Below, piece after piece: positions 20,095 through 30,325 of a stretch of DNA of 64,000 bases. Positions within the stretch are counted from its first letter, which is position 1, and every line of letters begins with the position of its first letter. Source of the DNA: Candidatus Moraniibacteriota bacterium (lineage in GTDB: Bacteria > Patescibacteriota > Minisyncoccia > Moranbacterales > UBA1568). The stretch lies in the NCBI GenBank assembly GCA_037441965.1, contig JBBIRD010000001.1:2255-66254 (forward strand), in the 5' to 3' direction. The position numbers and the translations under genes are program-made. The notes under the pieces were generated by a model. That model made no database searches and had not been told where the DNA came from. It saw only the letters and a list, made by a program, of their open reading frames with translations.

Positions 20095-20922
20095 ATGGCA
20101 ATTAAGATCTACAAAAAGAATAATGCAGGACGACGCAATATGTCAGTAGTCAAACCAGAAGGAGTGACTGACAGAGCGCCAGAGAAATCTTTGCTTGCGC
20201 CTCTTCCTCGCAAAGCAGGCCGATCAGGAGGAAAGATTTCTGTTCGCCACCAGGGTGGTGGAGTGAAGCGTATGTATCGCATCATTGATTTTCGTCAAGA
20301 CAAATATAATATTCCTGGTCGTATTGCAAGTATTGAAAAAGATCCGAATCGTTCCTGTCTTATTGCTCTTGTACATTATGCTGATGGAGAAAAAAGATAT
20401 ATATTGGCAACCAATGAAATGCGTCAGGGTCAAGAGATTCTTTCAGGAGAAGTCACTCCGATTGTGAATGGAAATCGTCTTCTTCTCAAAAATATCCCCA
20501 TTGGTACGGCTATTTGCAATATCGAAATGAAAATCGGAAAAGGTGGACAAATTGTACGCAGTGCAGGGACACAAGCGTCACTGATGGCACTTGACGGACC
20601 GATGGCGCAGATCAAACTCGCTTCAGGGGAAATCCGCTTGATAAGTAAAGATTGCTATGCTACTATCGGACAAGTGAGTAATTTTGAACACAGTGCTGAA
20701 AGAATTGGAAAAGCAGGACGCGCTCGACATATGAATCATCGTCCGGTGGTTCGTGGTACAGCTATGAACCCTGTTGATCACCCACATGGTGGTGGAGAAG
20801 GACGACAACCATTAGGTATGCATCCGAAGACTCCATGGGGTAAGCCAGCACTCGGAAAGAAAACAAGAAAACGAAAGAATATTACGAGTAAATATATTGT
20901 AAAGCGTCGTCAGAAGAAATAG
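20095..20922 (+). CDS. rplB: 50S ribosomal protein L2
   Basis: Segments characteristic of L2 are present: SVRHQGGGVKRMYRIIDF and HPHGGGEGR. Confidence 0.93.
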   Translation: MAIKIYKKNNAGRRNMSVVKPEGVTDRAPEKSLLAPLPRKAGRSGGKISVRHQGGGVKRMYRIIDFRQDKYNIPGRIASIEKDPNRSCLIALVHYADGEKRYILATNEMRQGQEILSGEVTPIVNGNRLLLKNIPIGTAICNIEMKIGKGGQIVRSAGTQASLMALDGPMAQIKLASGEIRLISKDCYATIGQVSNFEHSAERIGKAGRARHMNHRPVVRGTAMNPVDHPHGGGEGRQPLGMHPKTPWGKPALGKKTRKRKNITSKYIVKRRQKK

Positions 20923-20942
20923 TATTATAATAGAGAAAATCT

Positions 20943-21287
20943 ATGTCACGAAGTCTCAAAAAAGGTCCATATGTTGATCCACGCGTGCTGAAGAAGCTCG
21001 AAGGAAAAAAGCTCGGTGATCGTACCGTTATTAAAACATGGTCACGATCTTGTACAATTTCTCCTGAAATGACTGGTTTCACATTTGGAGTACACAATGG
21101 AAAAGATTTTATTCCTGTTTTCGTTACTGAAGAAATGGTAGGGCACAAACTTGGTGAGTTTTCTCCCACACGAACATTCCGTCGTCACGGAGGAAAGATG
21201 CAGAAAGATCTTGAAACTGCAGCCAAACAACGTGAACTCGATGCCGCTAAAGCCGCTAAAAATTCTGCTCCCGCAGGTAAGAAGTAA
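20943..21287 (+). CDS. rpsS: 30S ribosomal protein S19, with a short C-terminal extension
   Basis: The S19 N-terminus [12 protein letters not shown]...HNGK is present, followed by an A/K-rich tail. Confidence 0.9.
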   Translation: MSRSLKKGPYVDPRVLKKLEGKKLGDRTVIKTWSRSCTISPEMTGFTFGVHNGKDFIPVFVTEEMVGHKLGEFSPTRTFRRHGGKMQKDLETAAKQRELDAAKAAKNSAPAGKK

Positions 21288-21295
21288 ATAATGTT

Positions 21296-21835
21296 ATGAA
21301 GGTACAAGCTACACTCACAAATCTCAGAATAGCTCCACGTAAAGTGCGTCTCGTGACTCACTCACTTGTTGGTGTTGATGCTCGCGAAGCATTGCTTCAA
21401 CTCTCTAAACAAGTGAAGAAATCTTCGAAGCCACTATACGATCTCGTAAAGAGTGCAATGGCTAACGCAGTGAATAATAACGGACTTGATGAATCTAACC
21501 TGTATGTGCTCGAGGTACGCGTAGGTGATGGTCTTCGTCTTAAACGGTGGCTTCCTCGCGCTTTCGGAAGAGCGACACCATTACTCCATCGTGGATCTAA
21601 TGTGACAGTTATTCTTGAAGAAAAGATTGAAGGGAAAAATCGTGTTGCGAAGAAAGTGAAACCTGTTACTCCATCAATCAAAGAAGCGGAAGTGACAGAA
21701 ACGAAAGATGAAAAAAATATTGCAACAGGAATAAAGAATACTGGTAAAATCGAAGCATCGACAAAGTCAAATATCGGCAATAAAACAGCAAGTAGCAAGG
21801 TGATGAAAAAAGTGTTTCAGCGTAAATCAGTTTAA
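21296..21835 (+). CDS. rplV: 50S ribosomal protein L22, with a C-terminal extension of about 65 aa
   Basis: The L22 N-terminus MKVQATLTNLRIAPRKVRLV is present, followed by a K/T-rich tail. Confidence 0.9.
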   Translation: MKVQATLTNLRIAPRKVRLVTHSLVGVDAREALLQLSKQVKKSSKPLYDLVKSAMANAVNNNGLDESNLYVLEVRVGDGLRLKRWLPRAFGRATPLLHRGSNVTVILEEKIEGKNRVAKKVKPVTPSIKEAEVTETKDEKNIATGIKNTGKIEASTKSNIGNKTASSKVMKKVFQRKSV

Positions 21836-21865
21836 GTTAGTATCTAATTTGAGAGAAATAGAAAT

Positions 21866-22531
21866 ATGGGCAATAAAGTCAATCCAACTGGTATTCGTCT
21901 CGGCATTACAACAGACTGGCAATCACGCTGGTTTGGAAGTAAGAAGATGTATAGTATGCAACTTCGAAAAGATGTAGAAATCCGTTCTTTAATTATGAAG
22001 AAATGGAAAGCTGCTGCTATTGCTTCCGTACGGATTGATCGCTCAGCCAATGTAGTAAGATTGTATATCTCTACTGCTCGTCCAGGTGTGTTGATTGGTC
22101 GTGGCGGTACAGGCATAGAAGACCTTGCTCGTGTTATAAAGAAACAATTTTTCGCTGGAAAGAAAGTAGATCTGAAAGTAGAAGTAGAAGAAATCAAGAC
22201 TCCTGAAACAAATGCGATGCTTGTGGGTCAACAAGTAGCAGAGCAACTTGAAAAGCGTATGCCATTTCGTAGAATATTGAAGACAATGCTTGATCAAGTA
22301 GAGGCAAATAAAATTGTTGAAGGTGTGAAAATAGAATTGTGTGGTCGTCTTGGTGGTGCTGAAATGGCTCGTCGTGAATGGCTCTCGCGTGGTAAGATTC
22401 CTCTTCATACATTGCGTGCTGATATCGATTTTGCTCACGCTGAAGCTCATACGACATACGGAGTAATTGGTATCAAGACATGGATTTATAAAGGAGAGAA
22501 ATTTGCAGAAGTAAAAGAAGCAACCGAATAA
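21866..22531 (+). CDS. rpsC: 30S ribosomal protein S3
   Basis: [20 protein letters not shown] is the S3 N-terminal KH-domain sequence. Confidence 0.93.
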   Translation: MGNKVNPTGIRLGITTDWQSRWFGSKKMYSMQLRKDVEIRSLIMKKWKAAAIASVRIDRSANVVRLYISTARPGVLIGRGGTGIEDLARVIKKQFFAGKKVDLKVEVEEIKTPETNAMLVGQQVAEQLEKRMPFRRILKTMLDQVEANKIVEGVKIELCGRLGGAEMARREWLSRGKIPLHTLRADIDFAHAEAHTTYGVIGIKTWIYKGEKFAEVKEATE

Positions 22532-22544
22532 TAGAAAGACGCTT

Positions 22545-22955
22545 ATGTTAATGCCAAAAAAAGTAAAACATCGCAAGATTCACCGAGGAGGGTGGTCTGG
22601 AAGTCCTGCAACAAGCGGGGATAAGGTATCTTTCGGAAGCTTTGGACTCAAAGCTGTCGAAGAAGGACTTATTTCTGCTCGTCAGATTGAAGCAGCAAGA
22701 CGCGCTATGACTCATTCCATTCAACGTGGTGGTAAAATCTGGATCCGTATTTTTCCTGATAAACCAATGACGAAGAAAGGTGAACAAACTCCAATGGGTA
22801 AAGGAAAAGGAAGTGTTGATCATTTTGTTGCGAAGGTAAGATCAGGAAGAATGTTGTTTGAACTCGATGGTATTCCAAAGAAAGCAGCAGAAGAAGCTAT
22901 CAGACTCGCATCTCATAAACTCGCTATCAAGACACGATTTATCGAGCGACAATAA
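22545..22955 (+). CDS. rplP: 50S ribosomal protein L16
   Basis: [16 protein letters not shown] matches the L16 N-terminus, and the gene is in the expected operon position. Confidence 0.92.
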   Translation: MLMPKKVKHRKIHRGGWSGSPATSGDKVSFGSFGLKAVEEGLISARQIEAARRAMTHSIQRGGKIWIRIFPDKPMTKKGEQTPMGKGKGSVDHFVAKVRSGRMLFELDGIPKKAAEEAIRLASHKLAIKTRFIERQ

Positions 22956-22985
22956 AAAGAAGTGAGAAAGTTATAAAGATTATAA

Positions 22986-23204
22986 ATGTTGAAAGAAGGT
23001 ATGAAAGCACAAGAATGGCGAGAAAAATCAGAAGGCGAGAGAGAGAAAGCTCTGCTCGAATTAAGAGACAAAGTACGCACACTTCGTTTTGATTTGGCAA
23101 CTCGCGAGACAAAAATTCATAGTGAGTATGGAAAAATAAAGAAAGATATTGCTCGTTTGATTACTCTCAAAAAAGAATCAGAATTGTCAATTAATGTAGA
23201 CTAA
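22986..23204 (+). CDS. rpmC: 50S ribosomal protein L29
   Basis: At 72 aa it has a coiled-coil L29-like sequence (ELRDKVRTLRFDLATRE) and sits between rplP and rpsQ. Confidence 0.85.
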   Translation: MLKEGMKAQEWREKSEGEREKALLELRDKVRTLRFDLATRETKIHSEYGKIKKDIARLITLKKESELSINVD

Positions 23205-23208
23205 GTAT

Positions 23209-23475
23209 ATGCAAAAAGGAATTGTCACAACAAGTGAAAAAAATACTCACGCACCAAGATTGTCTGGTACTGTTGTTAGTACAAAGATGGATAAAACATT
23301 GGTCGTAGCTGTTAATACACTCAAAACTCATCCGAAATATCTGAAACAATACCAATCAACAAAAAGGTATAAAGTGCATACAGAAGAAAAGAAATATGCT
23401 GTTGGTGATAAAGTTACATTTGAAGAATGTCGTCCGATGAGTAAAGAGAAACACCATACTATCGTTTCTGAATAA
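23209..23475 (+). CDS. rpsQ: 30S ribosomal protein S17
   Basis: LSGTVVSTKMDKTLVVAV...KYKVHTEE is characteristic of S17. Confidence 0.9.
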   Translation: MQKGIVTTSEKNTHAPRLSGTVVSTKMDKTLVVAVNTLKTHPKYLKQYQSTKRYKVHTEEKKYAVGDKVTFEECRPMSKEKHHTIVSE

Positions 23476-23496
23476 TCAAACAAAGAGGAGAATCTT

Positions 23497-23868
23497 ATGA
23501 TCCAAACTGAATCAAAATTGATGGTCGCTGATAATACCGGCGCAAAAATGATCAAGTGCTTCAAAGTGCTTGGAGGAACGCGTCGTCGCTACGCTGGGCT
23601 TGGTGATATTGTTATTGCATCAGTCAAATCTGCAGAGCCACGAGGTATAGTTAAGAAAGGTGAGATTGTAAAAGCTGTTATTGTTCGTCAGGTAAGATCA
23701 TATCGCCGTAAAGATAATTCTTACATTCGTTTCGATGAGAATGCTGCTGTGATCCTTGATGCAAATAAGATTGATCCGAAAGGGACTCGTATTTTTGGAC
23801 CGATTGCTCGCGAACTTCGCGAAAAAGGGTTTTCTAAGATTGTTTCACTCGCACCAGAAGTTTTATAA
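23497..23868 (+). CDS. rplN: 50S ribosomal protein L14
   Basis: [21 protein letters not shown] matches the L14 N-terminus. Confidence 0.93.
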   Translation: MIQTESKLMVADNTGAKMIKCFKVLGGTRRRYAGLGDIVIASVKSAEPRGIVKKGEIVKAVIVRQVRSYRRKDNSYIRFDENAAVILDANKIDPKGTRIFGPIARELREKGFSKIVSLAPEVL

Positions 23869-23877
23869 AGTATACTT

Positions 23878-24183
23878 ATGAAGATTAAAAAAGGAGATCA
23901 AATCGAAGTTATCGCAGGAAAGGATCTTGGCAAACGCGGAGAAGTGCTTGCTGTGTTTCCGAAGTTAGATCGTGTTACTGTCAAAGGAGTGAATATTTTG
24001 AAGCGTCATATTAAAGCGAAGCGTGATGGGGAAAATGGTCAGCGAATCGAAAAGGAATCTCCAATACATATTTCAAATGTGATGCTCGTATGTCCTCACT
24101 CTGGAGAATTGACACGCATTGGATACAAGATCGAAGGTGGAGAAAAAATTCGAGTGAGTAAGAAGTCAGGGAAAGCTATTTAA
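23878..24183 (+). CDS. rplX: 50S ribosomal protein L24
   Basis: MKIKKGDQIEVIAGKDLGKRGEV is the L24 KOW-domain N-terminus. Confidence 0.9.
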   Translation: MKIKKGDQIEVIAGKDLGKRGEVLAVFPKLDRVTVKGVNILKRHIKAKRDGENGQRIEKESPIHISNVMLVCPHSGELTRIGYKIEGGEKIRVSKKSGKAI

Positions 24184-24212
24184 TTCAAACGATGTAGAGG
24201 AAGATATTTCGT

Positions 24213-24779
24213 ATGAAAATTTTACAGAAGAAACAATGGTATAAAGAGAAGATTGCTGATGCTCTGCAAAAAGAGCTTGGTATCACAAACAAAATGGCTG
24301 TTCCTCGAATTGGAAAAGTTGTTGTGAATGTTGGTACAGGTAAGATTCTGAAAGATTCGAAACGAGTTGAAGATGTTATTGCTTCTCTTGAAACGATTAC
24401 TGGACAGAAAGTCATCGCAACGAAGGCTCGTAAAGCAATCGCTGGTTTCAAGACTCGTGAAGGACTCGAAGTAGGTGCGAGAGTTACTCTTCACGGAGAT
24501 CGTATGTGGTCATTCCTTGATCGATTGATCAATGTTGCTCTCCCTCGTGTTCGTGATTTTCAAGGTATTCCACAAAGTGCTATTGATCAAAATGGAAATT
24601 GTAATATCGGTATTAAAGAACATCTCGTTTTTCCAGAAATTGTCGCAGAGAAAGTTCAAAATATTTTCAGTTTTGAAGTGAATATTGTAACGACAGCGAA
24701 AAATAAAAAAGAAGGAGAAGCATTGTTCCGTCTTCTCGGATTGCCGCTACAACGCACAGAGGTAATAAGAGAAAAGTAA
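24213..24779 (+). CDS. rplE: 50S ribosomal protein L5
   Basis: It contains the L5 sequence ATKARKAIAGFKTREGLEVGARVTLHGDRMW. Confidence 0.93.
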   Translation: MKILQKKQWYKEKIADALQKELGITNKMAVPRIGKVVVNVGTGKILKDSKRVEDVIASLETITGQKVIATKARKAIAGFKTREGLEVGARVTLHGDRMWSFLDRLINVALPRVRDFQGIPQSAIDQNGNCNIGIKEHLVFPEIVAEKVQNIFSFEVNIVTTAKNKKEGEALFRLLGLPLQRTEVIREK

Positions 24780-24794
24780 TCTATCGAAATCTAT

Positions 24795-24980
24795 ATGGCA
24801 AAAACATCTACTGCAGCTAGAGCACTCAAAACCCCGAAGTTTTCAACTCGTATTGTGAATCGATGTTGGAAATGTGGTCGTAAACGTGGGTATCTCAGAA
24901 AATATGACGTGTGTCGTATTTGTTTCCGTGAGCTCGCTAATAGCGGTCAGGTTCCTGGAGTAAAAAAGTCATCTTGGTAA
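24795..24980 (+). CDS. rpsZ: 30S ribosomal protein S14, type Z (zinc-binding)
   Basis: It is 61 aa with a CxxC...CxxC zinc ribbon ([20 protein letters not shown]). Confidence 0.9.
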   Translation: MAKTSTAARALKTPKFSTRIVNRCWKCGRKRGYLRKYDVCRICFRELANSGQVPGVKKSSW

Positions 24981-24999
24981 ATTTAAGTTAGAAGACACT

Positions 25000-25407
25000 A
25001 TGTTAGATCCAATCGCAGACATGTTAACAAGAATCAGAAATGCTCAGCTCGCTGGCCATAGTTCTGTTTCTATGCACGCTTCAAAGATGAAATTTGTTCT
25101 TGCTTCTATTTTAGAGCACGAAGGATTTGTAGGGCGTGTTGAAAAAAAGACGGAAGAAAGTGGACATAACACACTTTGTATCACGCTTAAATATACACAA
25201 GTTTCTCCAACAAAGAAGGTTCCTGCTATTCAGGAATTGACCCGTGTGAGTAAGCAAGGTTGTCGTATTTATGTGAAGAAAAGTGAGATCAAAAAAGTAA
25301 AAAATGGATACGGTATCGCTATCGTGTCCACTTCACAAGGAGTGATGACAGGAACAGAAGCGTTTCGTCGTGGTCTTGGTGGAGAATATATTTGTAGAGT
25401 GTGGTAA
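25000..25407 (+). CDS. rpsH: 30S ribosomal protein S8
   Basis: MLDPIADMLTRIRNAQLAGH matches the S8 N-terminus. Confidence 0.93.
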   Translation: MLDPIADMLTRIRNAQLAGHSSVSMHASKMKFVLASILEHEGFVGRVEKKTEESGHNTLCITLKYTQVSPTKKVPAIQELTRVSKQGCRIYVKKSEIKKVKNGYGIAIVSTSQGVMTGTEAFRRGLGGEYICRVW

Positions 25408-25431
25408 TTGCTCGAGTTAAAGTTATTCATT

Positions 25432-25968
25432 ATGAGTAGAATTGGAAAAAAACCAGTAATCATCCCAAGTGGGGTAGAAGTAGCAGTGAATGCTAATAAG
25501 GTTTCTGTAAAGGGACCAAAGGGATCACTCGATTTTTCTCATTTGCGTGAAGCAAGAGTGGTTGTAAATGAAAATGAAGTGCTTGTTACAAAAGTAGGTG
25601 ATACGAAGATATCACGCGCTGTTTGGGGAACAACTGCAAAAATTATATCCAATATGATTCTGGGTGTAACGACTGGTTTTCAGAAACAACTTGAATTGAA
25701 TGGTGTTGGTTATCGTATGAATGTTGCTGGAAAGAAACTTACTCTTGCTCTTGGTTTTTCTCATCCGGTAGAGCGAATTGTTCCAGAGGGTTTGGAGGCA
25801 AAAATCGAGAACAATGTCCTTACTATTTCTGGTATCGATAAACAAAAAGTAGGTGAATTTACTGCGGTGATCAGAAAATTAAAACCAGTAGAACCATATA
25901 AAGGAAAAGGTTTCCGTTATGTTGGTGAAATCGTTCGTCGTAAAGAAGGTAAAAAGGCATCTGCCTAA
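25432..25968 (+). CDS. rplF: 50S ribosomal protein L6
   Basis: The L6 N-terminus MSRIGKKPVIIPSGVEV is present. The track start at 25408 would overlap rpsH, so the start is probably the MSRIGKK ATG at 25432. Confidence 0.9.
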   Translation: MSRIGKKPVIIPSGVEVAVNANKVSVKGPKGSLDFSHLREARVVVNENEVLVTKVGDTKISRAVWGTTAKIISNMILGVTTGFQKQLELNGVGYRMNVAGKKLTLALGFSHPVERIVPEGLEAKIENNVLTISGIDKQKVGEFTAVIRKLKPVEPYKGKGFRYVGEIVRRKEGKKASA

Positions 25969-25987
25969 TGAATTTGTGTAAATATTT

Positions 25988-26350
25988 TTGAGTATGCTCA
26001 AGCGAGAAATGAAAAAAGTGAAACGATTTGAACGAAAGCGTCGTGTTCGTGCAAAGATATCGGGTACAAGTGATTGTCCTCGTCTTTCAGTCTTCCGTAG
26101 TCTGAGAAACATTTCAGTACAAGCGATCGATGATGAAGCAGGGAAAACATTGGCGAGTGCGAGTCTTGTTTTGATCGATAAAAAAGCGAAGAATACTGTT
26201 GAAGGAGCAACACTCGTCGGAACAAAAATCGCTACCGATCTTCTCGCTTTGAAGATTACAAAAGCAGTGTTTGATCGTTCGGGATATCGTTATCATGGCA
26301 AAGTAAAAGCGCTGGCTGAAGCTGCTCGAACTGCCGGACTTATATTTTAG
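25988..26350 (+). CDS. rplR: 50S ribosomal protein L18
   Basis: RRVRAKISGTSDCPRLSVFRSLRNISVQAIDD is characteristic of L18. Confidence 0.9.
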   Translation: MSMLKREMKKVKRFERKRRVRAKISGTSDCPRLSVFRSLRNISVQAIDDEAGKTLASASLVLIDKKAKNTVEGATLVGTKIATDLLALKITKAVFDRSGYRYHGKVKALAEAARTAGLIF

Positions 26351-26371
26351 GCTATTAATAATCGAGAAACT

Positions 26372-26893
26372 ATGGTAAAGCAAGGAAAAAAAGCAGTAAG
26401 ACGAGAAAAGCCTGAGTTTGATCAGAAACTTTTGAACTTGGCTCGTGTTACTCGTGTGGTGAAAGGTGGACGCCGTTTCCGTTTTCGTGCCACACTTGTT
26501 ATTGGTAATCGTAAAGGAAAAGTAGGTGTTGGTGTTGCAAAGGGATCAGATGTGTCTGATGCTATACAAAAAGCTTTCAATGATGCAAAGAAAAATATGG
26601 TAACGATTGAGCTTGCTGGATCGACTATTTCTCATGATGTTTTTGCAAAGCTTGGTAGTGCTCGCGTACTTCTCAAACCAGCTTCCGAAGGACAGGGTAT
26701 TATTGCTGGAGGAGCAGTGCGTTCCGTTGTAAACCTGCTTGGTGTGAAAGATATTGTTTCCAAATCTTTAGGCGCTTCTAATCCTTTGAATGTTGCTCGT
26801 GTGACTGTCAAAGCACTTTCGATGCTCAAAGCACCACGCGTTCCAAAGGCAATAAAAGAAGAAGTAAAGGAAAATAAAAAAGAAGAAGCCTAA
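26372..26893 (+). CDS. rpsE: 30S ribosomal protein S5
   Basis: VTRVVKGGRRFRFRATLVIGNRKGKVGVGVAKG is characteristic of S5. Confidence 0.93.
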   Translation: MVKQGKKAVRREKPEFDQKLLNLARVTRVVKGGRRFRFRATLVIGNRKGKVGVGVAKGSDVSDAIQKAFNDAKKNMVTIELAGSTISHDVFAKLGSARVLLKPASEGQGIIAGGAVRSVVNLLGVKDIVSKSLGASNPLNVARVTVKALSMLKAPRVPKAIKEEVKENKKEEA

Positions 26894-26927
26894 GATTGTT
26901 TAAAGTCATCTCGTAAGCGATAAATAT

Positions 26928-27353
26928 ATGCAAATTCATCAACTCTCTGTTACCAAGAAAAAAGCTTGTAAACGCATTGGACGCGGAGGTAAACGCGGTA
27001 CAACAGCTGGTCGTGGAAGTAACGGCCAAAAATCTCGTACAGGAGCTTCTGTCGATCCTCTTTTTGAAGGTGGTCGATCAACATTTTTGGAACGATTGAA
27101 AAAAGTTCGCGGTTTCAAAGCAGTACATGCGAAGAAAATAACAGTAAAACTTTCTGATATAGAAAGAGTATATGCTTCTGGAGAAACAGTATCGATTGAT
27201 ACACTGATCGCTAAAAAACTTGCTCCAAAAAATGCACTCTCTCGAGGAGTAAAAATCGTTGCTACCGGAACTCTGACAAAAAAATTGACTTTAGATAAAG
27301 GTATTTTTGCCTCAGCAAAAGCAAAAAATGCTTTTGGAGAAATTGATAAATAA
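26928..27353 (+). CDS. rplO: 50S ribosomal protein L15
   Basis: It contains the L15 segment GRGGKRGTTAGRGSNGQKSRTG. It directly follows rpsE with no rpmD (L30) gene in between. Confidence 0.9.
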   Translation: MQIHQLSVTKKKACKRIGRGGKRGTTAGRGSNGQKSRTGASVDPLFEGGRSTFLERLKKVRGFKAVHAKKITVKLSDIERVYASGETVSIDTLIAKKLAPKNALSRGVKIVATGTLTKKLTLDKGIFASAKAKNAFGEIDK

Positions 27354-27446
27354 TACTTGTATATATTTTTTCTCTTTTCTTTATGAAGAGAGGGGAATAT
27401 ACTGAAAAGTAAGTGTTTGCATTAAAAAAGAAAACGATTTCCTTTC

Positions 27447-28718
27447 ATGCGTGAAACTTTCCTCAATATTTTTCGAATAAAAGAATTACGGAATAAGATA
27501 TTTTTTATTCTTGGTCTTCTTGTTATCTATCGGCTTTTTGCAAATATTCCTTTACCAGGAGTAGATGTTTTAGCTTTGAAAAAACTTTTTGAAGAGAATG
27601 CTTTTTTAGGATTACTCAATGTTTTTTCTGGAGGAGGATTGTCGAATATTTCGCTTGTTCTTCTTGGTGTTGCTCCGTATATTACGGCTTCGATTATTAT
27701 GCAACTTCTGACAACGATTGTTCCTAGTCTTGAAAGAATGTATAAAGAAGAAGGAGAAATAGGAAGACAAAAGTTTAATATGTGGACACGATGGATCACT
27801 CTTCCACTCGCAGCGCTTCAGTCTTTTAGTATGCTTTCCCTCCTTCGTTCTCAGAATATTTTGGGAGATATCACTCCTTTTGTAATGACGGTGATTATCA
27901 TCAGTGCTACTGCAGGAACTATCTTTCTTATGTGGCTCGGTGAACTTATTACCGAAAAAGGACTAGGTAATGGAGTATCGATGATTATTTTTGCAGGTAT
28001 CGTATCTGCTCTTCCAACAGGCATTTCTCGTTTCATAGCCACATGGGATCCTGCGCAAATTTTTACATATATTCTTTTTGCTTTGGTGGCAGCTGTTACC
28101 ATCGCAGGTGTGATTTTTGTGAATGAAGGTCAAAGAACGATACCAGTCGCATACGCCAAGCGTGTTCGTGGAGCACAGGTATATGGCGGATCATCAACTC
28201 ATCTCCCTCTTCGTGTTAATCAAGCAGGAGTGATTCCAATCATTTTTGCAGTATCACTCATTCTTATTCCAACGATGGTAGCAAATTTCCTCGCGCAGAG
28301 CAGTCATGAGAAAATTGCGAATATAGCTCTTTCTGTGAGTGCTTGGCTTCAGAATCAGTGGATTTATGGATCTTTGTATTTTTTCCTTATCGTTCTTTTT
28401 ACTTATTTCTATACAGCAGTTGTTTTCGATCCTGTAAAGATCGCTGAAAATTTGCAAAAACAAGGTGGATATATTCCGGGTATTCGTCCAGGAAATACGA
28501 CTGCAGAATATCTTTATCACATTATTAATAGGATTACTCTCGCTGGAGCATTTTTCTTGGGAGCGATTGCTGTATTACCTTTCATTGTACAAGGTATTAC
28601 AGGAATCAATTCCTTCTCTATTGGAGGTGTCAGTATTTTGATTGTTGTATCAGTGGTTTTGGAAACAGTGAAGCATATTCAAAGTCAACTTACGATGCGA
28701 AGTTACGAGTCTTTCTAA
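27447..28718 (+). CDS. secY: Preprotein translocase subunit SecY
   Basis: It contains the SecY TM2 region LGVAPYITASIIMQLL and has 10 predicted TM helices over 423 aa. Confidence 0.93.
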   Translation: MRETFLNIFRIKELRNKIFFILGLLVIYRLFANIPLPGVDVLALKKLFEENAFLGLLNVFSGGGLSNISLVLLGVAPYITASIIMQLLTTIVPSLERMYKEEGEIGRQKFNMWTRWITLPLAALQSFSMLSLLRSQNILGDITPFVMTVIIISATAGTIFLMWLGELITEKGLGNGVSMIIFAGIVSALPTGISRFIATWDPAQIFTYILFALVAAVTIAGVIFVNEGQRTIPVAYAKRVRGAQVYGGSSTHLPLRVNQAGVIPIIFAVSLILIPTMVANFLAQSSHEKIANIALSVSAWLQNQWIYGSLYFFLIVLFTYFYTAVVFDPVKIAENLQKQGGYIPGIRPGNTTAEYLYHIINRITLAGAFFLGAIAVLPFIVQGITGINSFSIGGVSILIVVSVVLETVKHIQSQLTMRSYESF

Positions 28719-28830
28719 TGTCTTAGAAATAAAACAATATAATTTTTTAATTTTTCTCTTACACGATTTTATTTTTTAGATAGAGAATAAAGAATATCTA
28801 AGGAATAGAAAATAGAGATCAAAAAATAAA

Positions 28831-29493
28831 ATGCCTCTTAAAGATACTTATATTCTTCTTGGCTCTGCTGGAAGTGGAAAAAGCACACAAGCCGAACTCC
28901 TGAAGAGTTCACTTCACCTTGCTCATATCGATATTGGATCAGAATTGCGTGCTGTAGCATCACAGGATACTCCTTTGGGACACGAAGTAAATGAGATTAT
29001 CAATGTTACGCATTCTTTTGTTCCTGATGAAGTGGTTTTTTCGGTATTGCTTGATGCAGTGCATTTCGTTCCTGAGACAGTTGGGCTTCTTATCGATGGT
29101 ATTCCGCGCAGAGAAAGTCAAATAGGAAAAGTACTTGAGGTATTGGATACAGCACATCGATCACTCAATAAAGTTATTTTCATTGATGTTCCTGAAGCAA
29201 TTTCTGTTGATCGTATTTCAAAAAGATATGCGTGTACAATATGTAGACGGAGCTATATTCTTGGTAAAAATTTGATCGACAGTGAAACGCCGTGCCGTTA
29301 TTGTAGTGGACATATCACGCAAAGGACAGATGACACAGAAGAAGGCGTGCGTACCCGTCATCGTATTTTTCAAGAAGAAACATTGCCTGTAATACATTAT
29401 TTTGAAAAAACAGGTCAACTTCTCAAAATTAACGGTGATCAAGAAACATACCGAGTGTTTCAGGACATTTTGAAATATGTTCGACCAGAATAA
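28831..29493 (+). CDS. adk: Adenylate kinase with a 4-Cys zinc LID
   Basis: It has a GSAGSGKSTQ P-loop, and the LID carries CTICRRSY...CRYCSG. Confidence 0.88.
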   Translation: MPLKDTYILLGSAGSGKSTQAELLKSSLHLAHIDIGSELRAVASQDTPLGHEVNEIINVTHSFVPDEVVFSVLLDAVHFVPETVGLLIDGIPRRESQIGKVLEVLDTAHRSLNKVIFIDVPEAISVDRISKRYACTICRRSYILGKNLIDSETPCRYCSGHITQRTDDTEEGVRTRHRIFQEETLPVIHYFEKTGQLLKINGDQETYRVFQDILKYVRPE

Positions 29494-29509
29494 ATAATGA
29501 AATAAGAGA

Positions 29510-30304
29510 ATGATTTTTATGAATAAAGAATGGATTAAAACAGCTGATGAAATTGATCGTCTTCGTCATTCTTCTGAACAATTGGCGCGTATTTTGGATA
29601 CTCTGATCAAAACACTTCGTCCAGGTATGAGTACAGGAGATATTGATGAAATGAGTGAAAAATTAATGCTTGAAATTGGAGCGATTCCGATATTCAAAGG
29701 ATATGGAGGTGAGTCGGGACACCCTTTTCCTGCGACTCTGTGTACTTCTTTGAATGAAGAAGTGGTACACGGCATTCCAAGTAAACAAAGGATTATCAAA
29801 GAGGGGGATTTAGTGAAACTTGATATTGGTATGCGTTATGAAGGTATGGTTTCTGATATGGCGCGTACGATAAAGATAGGCACAGTTTCTCCTCTAGCGG
29901 AGAAGTTGACACGGATTACTGAAGAATGTTTAGACAAAGGAATAAAAACACTTCGTCCAGGAGCTCATATTTTTGATTATGCGCGTGCCGTTCAAGAACA
30001 CGCTGAATCGAATGGTTTTTCTGTTGTACGCGATCTTGTTGGGCATGGAGTTGGTAGAGAACTTCACGAAGATCCTCAAGTTCCAAATTATATTGCAAGA
30101 GATATAAATAATTTTGTTCTTGTTGAAGGAATGACATTAGCACTCGAACCAATGGTGAATGCAGGCACACACGAAGTAGAAATTGCTGATGATGACTGGG
30201 CTTTCATTACTGCAGACGATGCTCTCTCGGCACATTTTGAAAATACTGTTGTTATTACAAAAAATGGTGCAGAGATTTTGACGAAACTTCCTCTTTCAAG
30301 ATAG
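29510..30304 (+). CDS. map: Methionine aminopeptidase, type I
   Basis: The M24 metal-ligand context is present (DLVKLDIGMRYEGMVSDMART, HGVGRELHEDP, ALEPM). The start may instead be at 29519. Confidence 0.88.
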   Translation: MIFMNKEWIKTADEIDRLRHSSEQLARILDTLIKTLRPGMSTGDIDEMSEKLMLEIGAIPIFKGYGGESGHPFPATLCTSLNEEVVHGIPSKQRIIKEGDLVKLDIGMRYEGMVSDMARTIKIGTVSPLAEKLTRITEECLDKGIKTLRPGAHIFDYARAVQEHAESNGFSVVRDLVGHGVGRELHEDPQVPNYIARDINNFVLVEGMTLALEPMVNAGTHEVEIADDDWAFITADDALSAHFENTVVITKNGAEILTKLPLSR

Positions 30305-30325
30305 AATCTTATTTTTATTTTTGAA

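Noticed and set aside
22043-22576. 177-aa minus-strand ORF.
   Set aside because: It is antisense to rpsC and the rplP start.
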